NCBI RefSeq assembly: GCF_000025505.1
Contig: NC_013849.1
Location: forward strand, 2,010,001 to 2,042,000
Origin: Ferroglobus placidus DSM 10642
Lineage (GTDB): Archaea > Halobacteriota > Archaeoglobi > Archaeoglobales > Archaeoglobaceae
DNA: 32,000 nucleotides
Direction: 5' to 3'
Positions 16,329 through 23,167 of this stretch are shown piece by piece; within the stretch, counting starts at the first letter, position 1; the number at the start of each line of letters is the position of its first letter. Both the position numbers and the translations under genes were made by a program. The notes under the pieces were generated by a model that saw nothing but the letters and a program-made list of their open reading frames with translations, was not told where the DNA came from and made no database searches.

Positions 16329-16419
16329 GGCGGCCCCGTCCTACTCCATCCCACCCTCCTCAAGGAGGCCTCATCGTTTCGGACGGAGGGGGGCATAGTA
16401 GGCCCCGACCTTACCCGCC
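16329..16419. other. GC-rich multi-helix element of unknown identity (candidate structured ncRNA; strand unresolved)
   Basis: Hand-folded helices: GGCGG 16329-16333 with CCGCC 16415-16419; CCTACT 16340-16345 with AGTAGG 16397-16402; hairpin CCTCC-TCAA-GGAGG at 16355-16368; hairpin CCTC 16369-16372 with GAGG 16386-16389, plus CGT 16375-16377 with ACG 16383-16385. GGCCCCG is repeated at 16332 and 16401. The element is markedly more GC-rich than its surroundings. I recognised no tRNA, 5S or C/D-box signature. Confidence 0.3.
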
Positions 16420-16432
16420 TAATAGTATTTAT

Positions 16433-17037
16433 ATGTTTCGTCAATTTAAACCTTTCGTAAGGAAAGTTAGACCCGTAAACTTTACCTTCCTAGAATATTA
16501 TTCAGCAATTTTGATGAAGTTGAAGGAGTTGATAGAGGAGCTTGAGTTGTTTGAGAGGTAAAGAGTTCCGAACGACCTTAGAATTCTTGGCATAGCGACT
16601 TACATTCAAACTTCTTCGACGAGGAGAACGGCTAAAATTCTCTCAGAGTTTCGTCCGGTCTTCCATACGGCTGTGTGGAAGTGGATAAAGAAGTTTAAAA
16701 AACTGCCGATTTCGACTGAGAAGAACACGACGAGAAACATTCTTACAGCAAGGTCTTTCGTCAGAGAAGTTCTTAATTACTGCGAGAACGAGCCCAAGTT
16801 TTTGATAGACAAAGCGCCATGGCTTAGAAGAGCCCTGGAAAGTTTAGGCTTGAAATTTGAACACCAAACCTTTCGGAAAGAGAAGTCTGGTTGAATCCGT
16901 GTTTTCTTCTTTTAAACAGAGAGTTAAGCTGTTCTTCTGTTCGATTTCCACTGAAAATCTAATTAAAAACTGGAATCTATTCTGCAAAATGTTTATGTTG
17001 TATTACAATCACATGAGGTGGTTAAGTTGACAGGGCT
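16433..17037 (+). mobile_element. Degraded IS element: DDE transposase pseudogene (archaeal IS6-like flavour) with a nonsense codon, internal deletion and frameshift
   Basis: Hand translation gives MFRQF...MKLKELIEELELFER, TAA (16559-16561), then in the same frame RVPNDLRILGIATYIQTSSTRRTAKILSEF...AVWKWIKKF (HTH part). This joins after only about 17 aa to ...TARSFVREVLNYCENEPKFLIDKAPWLRRALESLGLKFEHQTF. After a +1 shift near 16871-16876 it continues GKRSLVESVFSSFKQRVKLFF...YNHMRWLS*, with the stop at 17028-17030. The catalytic D/D region appears to be missing. The right end ...GGTTAAGTTGACAGGGC (to 17036) partly mirrors GTCAATTTAAACC at 16440-16452. The left boundary is uncertain. Confidence 0.6.
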
Positions 17038-17210
17038 GGAAAGTTGGTGCTGCTGTAGAAAGTTTTTGGTGAGAATGAAAGTTCATAAAATATCCGCCCT
17101 CTTCAACCCTATAAATCTGGACACCTCAGTAGATGTCATCATTATGGCTTCCCAGCATTCTGCCAAAACGGCACATTTTTGTATTGATAGGCTATGAACC
17201 GGAGGAAGAT

Positions 17211-17732
17211 ATGCCGAAAGGTAGACATTCGGTGGTGGAGTTCAAGAACGGAGTAGCTGTGAAGAAGTTCAAGAAAGAGCTCAAGCTGAACTTCTGGAAG
17301 GAGGCTTACTTCCTAACGATCCTTCAACCCTTCAAGTTCGTTCCCAGACTTTATAAGGTCTATCCGGAGAAACTTGAGATTCACATGGAGAGGCTCGAAG
17401 GAATTCCGATAGGAAAGTACATCGAAAACGGTTTCGATGAGAGGGTTTTAGAGGCTTTGAAAATATGCAGAATACTCGACAGGCTCGGAATAAACAAAGA
17501 GGAGATGACTCACCCGGACAAGCACGTAATCATCGGAGAAAGAGTCTGGTTCATAGATTTTGAGAGGGGAGTTTTGAGGGAAAAACCAGCTAACGTAACC
17601 CAATTCTCGATATATCTCGCTAAAAAGCTTGGAAAAAATGACTGGGGGGGTTTAAGCTCTTTATTGAGAAATTACAAGAGAAGGTTCGACGAAGAAAGCT
17701 TTAAGAAGATCTTGGAGTTCTTTACTCGGTAA
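17211..17732 (+). CDS. Small atypical Ser/Thr protein-kinase-like protein (RIO/Bud32-like, COG2112 type)
   Basis: Start trimmed to ATG 17211 (GGAGG upstream). VVEFKNGVAVKKFKK covers the nucleotide-loop and Lys region. ...THPDKHVIIGERVWFIDFERG covers the catalytic-loop-like and DFG-like segments. The size is about 173 aa. Confidence 0.6.
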   Translation: MPKGRHSVVEFKNGVAVKKFKKELKLNFWKEAYFLTILQPFKFVPRLYKVYPEKLEIHMERLEGIPIGKYIENGFDERVLEALKICRILDRLGINKEEMTHPDKHVIIGERVWFIDFERGVLREKPANVTQFSIYLAKKLGKNDWGGLSSLLRNYKRRFDEESFKKILEFFTR

Positions 17733-18027
17733 TCTTCTCTATCATCTCCCCGATCTTTTTCATGTAGTCCATGAGGCTTTTGTAGTCGTCCTTTAACTTC
17801 TTTATCTGTTCCTCCCCTCCTTCTCTTATTACGGCTCCGTGAGGTGTTGGCTCTATAATTCCGGCATGCTCCAGCGTTCTCAAGGAATACCTCACTTTGT
17901 GCTTCGGCATGTTGAGTAATTCGGAAAGCTTGAAGATTCCTATCGGCTGATTCTTCATCACCGCCTCCAACACGATTAAATGCCTGACAACGATCTCAGC
18001 TTCACTGAGTAACTTTCTCAGCACCAT
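17722..18027 (-). CDS. Winged-helix transcriptional regulator (archaeal small wHTH family)
   Basis: 101 aa. ...VRHLIVLEAVMKNQPIGIFKLSELLNMPKHKVRYSLRTLEHAGIIEPTPHGAVI is a wHTH. Its 3' end overlaps the convergent kinase-like gene by 11 nt. Confidence 0.65.
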   Translation of the reverse strand: MVLRKLLSEAEIVVRHLIVLEAVMKNQPIGIFKLSELLNMPKHKVRYSLRTLEHAGIIEPTPHGAVIREGGEEQIKKLKDDYKSLMDYMKKIGEMIEKITE

Positions 18028-18051
18028 TACTCAACACCTCAATATATCTCG

Positions 18052-18075
18052 AACTATTATTACAAACTATTATTA
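18052..18075. repeat. Tandem 11-bp direct repeat AACTATTATTA x2 (period 13) in the divergent promoter region between the wHTH and NFACT genes
   Basis: Read directly: 18052-18062 and 18065-18075 are identical. The repeat lies 25-48 nt upstream of the wHTH ATG (18027), so it could be TATA/BRE sequence or an autoregulatory site. Confidence 0.4.
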
Positions 18076-18126
18076 TTTAAGTTTTTTCTCAAAATTATTT
18101 TAAACGAAATTAACAAGCTTTCGGCG

Positions 18127-20067
18127 ATGAGACAAATGAGTTCCATCGACATAAGAGCCGTGCTGAACGAACTTAAAATCGAAGGTATGAAAGTGGATAA
18201 AGTATACCATTATCCTCCCAACGAGTTCAGGATAAAACTTAGAGGTAGAGGGAGAGTAGACTTTCTCGTAGAGGCTGGAAAAAGAATTCACGCGACGGAG
18301 TTTCCGAAAGAGAGTCCGAAGTTTCCGTCATCAATTGCCATGCTTTTAAGAAAGCATCTGGAGAACGCGAGAGTTGAAAGAGTTTACCAGCACGATTTTG
18401 ATAGGATCGTCGTTATTGAATTTTCCAGAGGGGATGAAAAGAAGATAATGGTTGCTGAACTCTTCGGGAAGGGCAACCTCCTACTCTTGGACGAAGATTT
18501 TAAAGTTATTCTTTCGACAAATCCCTCCTACAAGATCGGAGACGCTTATAGCTTTCCCGAAAAAAGGCTCACGCCTTTTGATGTAAGATCACCTAAAGAC
18601 CTCGAAGAAATTTTGGATGAGAGAGAAGTCGTAAAGACTCTCGCAACCAAGCTCGGACTGGGAGGACTTTACGCTGAAGAGATTCTCGAAAGAGCTGGAG
18701 TGAACAAAAAAAAGCCCGGAAAAGAGCTTGAAGAAGATGAAGTTAGAAGAATATTCGAGGAGATGAAAAAGATTTTCGAAGACGTCGAAAACTGCAATTT
18801 CAACCCTCATATAATACTCAAAGACGGGGATTACGTAGATTATCAGCCGATAGATTTGAAAAAGTACGAAGGTTACGAAAAGAAGTACTTCGAAAGCTTC
18901 AACAAAGCTGTTGACGAATTTTACACGAGAAGCGCTCTTAAAGAAATAGAGGTAAAGGAAAAGAAGAGCGAAGTCATCGAAAAGCTCGAAAACAGATTGA
19001 AAATCCAGCTCGAAACGAAGGAAAGATACGAAAGGGAATCTGAGAAGCTGAGAAGAATTGGAGACTTAATCTACGAAAAATATCCCATCGTGGAGAGAAT
19101 ACACTCGGCTTTGAAAAAAGCGGTTGAGCTGAAAGGTTTTGATGAGGTAAAAAAGATACTGGCTGAGCAGAAAAAAGCTGGAAAACTGAAGGAAATACTC
19201 GATATAATTCCAAAAGAAAAAGCCGTTGTTTTATCGATCGACGACGTGAAGTTCAAGCTCTTCCTCGATAAGAACTTGCATGAAAATGCGGAATACTACT
19301 ACGATCAAGCCAAAAAGCTGAAGGAAAAAGTAAACGGAATTGTAAAGGCTATAGAGAAAACCAGAGAGGAAATTAGAAGGGCGGAAGAGATCGAAGCGAA
19401 AAAGATTCTCTCGGAGTTCAGAGTCGTGAGGAGAAGAGAGTGGTACGAGAAGTACAGGTGGTACATAACTTCCGAAGGTTTTCTCGTTATCGGCGGGAGA
19501 AACGCCGAAATGAACGAGGAAATAGTTTCAAAGCACTTCGAGAGCAAGGATTTATTCTTCCACACTCAAACTCCCGGAGGGGCTGTAACAATCCTTAAAA
19601 GGGGATTGGAGGCTGGTGAGAAAAGCATAAAGGAGGCTGCTGAATTTGCGGCAATATACTCGGCTTTGTGGAAGCACGGAATGCACAGCGGGGAAGTTTA
19701 CTATGTGACGTACGAGCAAGTGAAAAGAGCTGCCAAACCCGGAGAATACCTGCCGAAAGGAAGCTTCTACATTGTCGGAAAGAGAAACTACCTTTCGGTA
19801 GAGTTGAAAGCCGCTATAGGTGTAGATCTCGAAAATCTTAGAGTTATAGGCGGTCCGGTAGAAGGAGTGAAGAAGCACGCAGACTATTACGTGGTGATAG
19901 GGATCGGCGACAAGGAGGTTAACGAAATTAGCGTGGAAATAGCGAAAATTTTCTACGAGAAGTGCAAGGAGGAGGAAAAGCATTTGGTGAGAGCTATAGC
20001 CACTCCGGACGAAATTGCTAAGTTTTTACCTCCGGGGAAATCGAGGATAATTGAGGTGAAAGCGTGA
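18127..20067 (+). CDS. NFACT-family protein (RqcH/Rqc2/FbpA homologue; ribosome quality control)
   Basis: 646 aa. It has an N-terminal NFACT-N-like region, a long K/E coiled coil, then the DUF814/NFACT-R region ...WYITSEGFLVIGGRNAEMNEEIVSKHFESKDLFFHTQTPGGAVTILK. Confidence 0.85.
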   Translation: MRQMSSIDIRAVLNELKIEGMKVDKVYHYPPNEFRIKLRGRGRVDFLVEAGKRIHATEFPKESPKFPSSIAMLLRKHLENARVERVYQHDFDRIVVIEFSRGDEKKIMVAELFGKGNLLLLDEDFKVILSTNPSYKIGDAYSFPEKRLTPFDVRSPKDLEEILDEREVVKTLATKLGLGGLYAEEILERAGVNKKKPGKELEEDEVRRIFEEMKKIFEDVENCNFNPHIILKDGDYVDYQPIDLKKYEGYEKKYFESFNKAVDEFYTRSALKEIEVKEKKSEVIEKLENRLKIQLETKERYERESEKLRRIGDLIYEKYPIVERIHSALKKAVELKGFDEVKKILAEQKKAGKLKEILDIIPKEKAVVLSIDDVKFKLFLDKNLHENAEYYYDQAKKLKEKVNGIVKAIEKTREEIRRAEEIEAKKILSEFRVVRRREWYEKYRWYITSEGFLVIGGRNAEMNEEIVSKHFESKDLFFHTQTPGGAVTILKRGLEAGEKSIKEAAEFAAIYSALWKHGMHSGEVYYVTYEQVKRAAKPGEYLPKGSFYIVGKRNYLSVELKAAIGVDLENLRVIGGPVEGVKKHADYYVVIGIGDKEVNEISVEIAKIFYEKCKEEEKHLVRAIATPDEIAKFLPPGKSRIIEVKA

Positions 20068-20513
20068 TAGTTGTGATCGGCGTCGGAAACCTGCTTATGA
20101 AGGACGACGGATTTGGAATTCACGTCATCGAAAGATTGAAAGCTGAAAATATTAATGCCGAGATCGTAGATGCTATGACGAACGTTCAAATTTTGCTCTC
20201 AGCGATGGAAGGAAAGAGAAAAGCCATAATCGTAGACGCGATCGATTTTGAAGGAGAGGTGGGAGAAATAAAGATAATACGATTCGATCCCGAAAAAATT
20301 CCGGAAGATTTGAAGCTTAGCGTTCACGACATCCATTTTAGAGATGCGATAGCCATGGCTAAGGGAATCTACGATCTTCCAGATGAGATAGTGGTTGTGG
20401 GGGTTAAGCCGAAGGAGATCAAGCCGGAAATAGGGTTGAGCGAAGAATTGGAGAAAAGAATCGAAGAGGTTGTTGAAATAATAAAGAGGAAGATCACTTC
20501 TTCCGGTACTTAG
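20064..20513 (+). CDS. Hydrogenase maturation endopeptidase (HycI/HybD/FrhD family)
   Basis: MIVVIGVGNLLMKDDGFGIHVIERL...AIIVDAIDF...LSVHDIHF... matches the family motifs (GiGN...DDG.G, vDA, H). The GTG start overlaps the NFACT stop (GTGA). Confidence 0.85.
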   Translation: MIVVIGVGNLLMKDDGFGIHVIERLKAENINAEIVDAMTNVQILLSAMEGKRKAIIVDAIDFEGEVGEIKIIRFDPEKIPEDLKLSVHDIHFRDAIAMAKGIYDLPDEIVVVGVKPKEIKPEIGLSEELEKRIEEVVEIIKRKITSSGT

Positions 20514-21705
20514 AGTAGATGTAGTTCTTCAGGTTTAGCGGATTGGGGAAGTAGAATATCGACCCTTTTCCGGCTGCTTTGAGCATTCTTTCGCATAAAG
20601 CGTAAAATCTGCTATCGTCGTTGAGCATTAGCACGTTTAAATTTATATCCTCATCTTTTAGCTTTGCACTCTCAATTACCGCCATCTTCCAGGGAGGAAT
20701 CAGAGGGTTGTAGCTTGCAGTAGGCTCGCCATCTGTTATGAGAATCACGTACTTAGCTCCGTCTTTTCCTCTCAGAGCGTTTCTTGCAGTCTTTAAAGCA
20801 AGAGCTATGTCCGTCCTTCCTTCCACGTCTACATTCACTATGTCCCCTTCTCTTATCTTCTCAGTTCTGTGGTTGAAAACGAAAACTTCGAGATCGTCGA
20901 ATCCTTTCCTTATGCTCATCTTTAAAGCCAGCGCAGCCTCTATTGCTCCTACTATTTTCTTCCCCCTCATCGAGTCGCTCACGTCTATGAGCATTACGAA
21001 GTGTCTCTTTCCGACTTTCTTGGGATTCCTCGAAACTATGTCTTTTTCTCTTATTTCGAAATCTTCGTTTTTAGCAGCCCTTATCATAGTCTCGGGTATG
21101 TCGATGAGGTCGTAGGAGTGCAAGTACTCATCGTATTCCACAAGCTCGTATCCCGGGATGTAGGAAAGCGTCTCTCCTTCGGATTCAGCGTAATATCCTT
21201 TAGCTTCCTTCGAAACCTCTTTCATAACTTTTTGCGCAATTATCCTTTCCGCTTGCCTGCTGAACTTTACCTTCCTCCTGAAAAACCTCTTCGTGACCCC
21301 TTCTATTATCCCCATTTCGATTAGCTCTTTTAGCGCTTCTTCAAAGAAGTAGTCGAGGAGCTCTTTGAAGTTTATGTCTTCAACTTTTAACTCTCCGGAG
21401 CGGAGCTTCTCTTTTATCTCCTCCCAAGCTTTCGACTTTGCCTCTACGTATTTCTCAAATTTGTCCATCCACAGAGCTTCAGCGTAGCCGAAGTTCCTCA
21501 TCATGTCGTTGAAAATTGCGGAATAGCTGTCGAAGTTTTCAGCCAGCTCCTCGTCGCTTATCTTCTGTTTGATGAAGTTCTTTACGTTGAAGTTACCTCT
21601 GTCCATTGCGTAGGGGTTGAAGATATGGTAAGCTAAGTTTTCGGCAAATTCAGCCGGAATACTATCTTCCTTACAGCTCCTGCACTCTGGTTTCGTAAAC
21701 TCCAT
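20494..21705 (-). CDS. von Willebrand factor type A (VWA) domain protein, partner of the upstream AAA+ ATPase
   Basis: The C-terminal half has the MIDAS motif HFVMLIDVSDSMRG (DxSxS) and ...YVILITDGEPT. The track start ATG 21705 overlaps the ATPase gene by 35 nt, so an internal Met start is possible. Confidence 0.75.
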   Translation of the reverse strand: MEFTKPECRSCKEDSIPAEFAENLAYHIFNPYAMDRGNFNVKNFIKQKISDEELAENFDSYSAIFNDMMRNFGYAEALWMDKFEKYVEAKSKAWEEIKEKLRSGELKVEDINFKELLDYFFEEALKELIEMGIIEGVTKRFFRRKVKFSRQAERIIAQKVMKEVSKEAKGYYAESEGETLSYIPGYELVEYDEYLHSYDLIDIPETMIRAAKNEDFEIREKDIVSRNPKKVGKRHFVMLIDVSDSMRGKKIVGAIEAALALKMSIRKGFDDLEVFVFNHRTEKIREGDIVNVDVEGRTDIALALKTARNALRGKDGAKYVILITDGEPTASYNPLIPPWKMAVIESAKLKDEDINLNVLMLNDDSRFYALCERMLKAAGKGSIFYFPNPLNLKNYIYSKYRKK

Positions 21706-23092
21706 CTCCGACCCTCTCCACCAAGCCCGTACATCTCTTTATCGATTCGAGGAGAATCTCGAAAGCTGAAGGAATCTCTTCCGGCTTTCTGCTCATTAAT
21801 AGTATGTACTTCCAGAAGGTCTCCATTTCTTTCGGCGAGTCTTCGTAAACGTTTATTATTTCTTTCTTCCTAAGCTCCCTCGAAAGCTTCCTGAAGTCTG
21901 AATCTTCGATGCTGCCGTAAATTTCACCGCAAGTTCTGTTTATCGCCTCTTCGACAAGCTTTTCTATTATTGTGTCCTTTTCAGCCTCGTAATCCACTTC
22001 AATCCTACTCCTCAACCCGAGCTTGATAACCTCGTAGCATTCTCCGTAGTCCGAAAGCATCACGACGCTTCTCCCTTTCCTCGTAGCGTTCGCCTTTACG
22101 TGGTCGAATAGCTTTATTGTAGCTCTGCAGGAAGGTTCGCTTTCTATTCTCGCCGCATATCTGCATCTCTCTTTGTTTCTCGCGTATCTAACGACTCTCG
22201 CCAAGATTTTGAGGTGCCACTCTGGAATTGTCGCTCCGTTCTTTAGACTCATGTTTCTCAAACCGATCTCTATCTCCTCTTTCAACGTTTCCGGAGGTCC
22301 TATCGGAATGGCTTCCATTCTGTCAAGGAGCGGCTCCTTTATGGCTTCGGTACCTCTGTAGTTGGCTGGATTAGTCGAGGCTATGAAAATCGCGTCAATT
22401 TTTAGCGGAACTATTTCGCCTTCTGGAGTCGTTACCTGCTTTTCCTCAATAAGTTCGTGAAGCAGCGTTTGCAGAGCTGAGGGAATCGAACCGAGTTCGT
22501 CGAAATAAGCGATACCTCTGTTCGCTTTAAGCACCCTTCCTGGCGTGAAAACTTCCGGATGATCCAAATCGTATCCCTCTCTTATTTTCTGAATGCTGAT
22601 ACCACCGATGAGCTGTCTTGTCGTCATCATCGGATCTCCCGGAATTCTTATCCACTTCCTTCCTATCCAAGTTAGCTCCACTTTTTCCTCTTCCATTACC
22701 TTCCTCTTGCAAGCAAAGCAGCTCGGTCTTACTGGATTATCGTGAATCTTGCACCCTTTAATAGCAAGCTGCCTCTCCGGAAGGAGCTTGGCTATCGACT
22801 TCGAGAAAGTTGTTTTACCGTAACCCTTCTTACCGACGAAAAGAATGCTTGAGCCTGAAATCAGGGCATTCTTAACCATCTCTTTTTCGATCTTCTTTCC
22901 GACAATTTCGTAGAACGGATCCTCTCCTCTCCTCTCGTACTCGAGAATTTTTTCTCTGACGAGCTCGTGAAGCGGCTTTTCCCAGTACGCTCTGAACTCG
23001 TCGGAAAATATGTCTACCTCTTCTCCGTTAAGCAAGAAGGTTGGTGCTGAGCTTTCCTTAACCTCTACTTCTTTGAATATGTACTCCTCCAT
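21671..23092 (-). CDS. AAA+ ATPase, ChlI/BchI (Mg-chelatase subunit I)/MoxR-like
   Basis: Walker A FVGKKGYGKTT, Walker B GIAYFDELG and ...FIASTNPANYRG. A Cys-rich insert, LLPERQLAIKGCKIHDNPVRPSCFACKRK, follows Walker A as in ChlI/BchI. Confidence 0.8.
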   Translation of the reverse strand: MEEYIFKEVEVKESSAPTFLLNGEEVDIFSDEFRAYWEKPLHELVREKILEYERRGEDPFYEIVGKKIEKEMVKNALISGSSILFVGKKGYGKTTFSKSIAKLLPERQLAIKGCKIHDNPVRPSCFACKRKVMEEEKVELTWIGRKWIRIPGDPMMTTRQLIGGISIQKIREGYDLDHPEVFTPGRVLKANRGIAYFDELGSIPSALQTLLHELIEEKQVTTPEGEIVPLKIDAIFIASTNPANYRGTEAIKEPLLDRMEAIPIGPPETLKEEIEIGLRNMSLKNGATIPEWHLKILARVVRYARNKERCRYAARIESEPSCRATIKLFDHVKANATRKGRSVVMLSDYGECYEVIKLGLRSRIEVDYEAEKDTIIEKLVEEAINRTCGEIYGSIEDSDFRKLSRELRKKEIINVYEDSPKEMETFWKYILLMSRKPEEIPSAFEILLESIKRCTGLVERVGDGVYETRVQEL

Positions 23093-23167
23093 TGGATAAT
23101 ACTCTTGAAACTATAATTTATACAGTTTTTGGTTTGAAAACAAAAGAGAAAAATAAAAAATTTTAAT

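Noticed and set aside
16238-16444. 68-aa minus-strand ORF covering the GC-rich element.
   Set aside because: Its translation (…RRVRSGPTMPPSVRNDEASLRRVGWSRTGPP…) looks like a by-product of GC-rich palindromic sequence, and it overlaps the DUF3800 3' end. A plus-strand frame is also open across the element into the IS, so open frames here are not informative.
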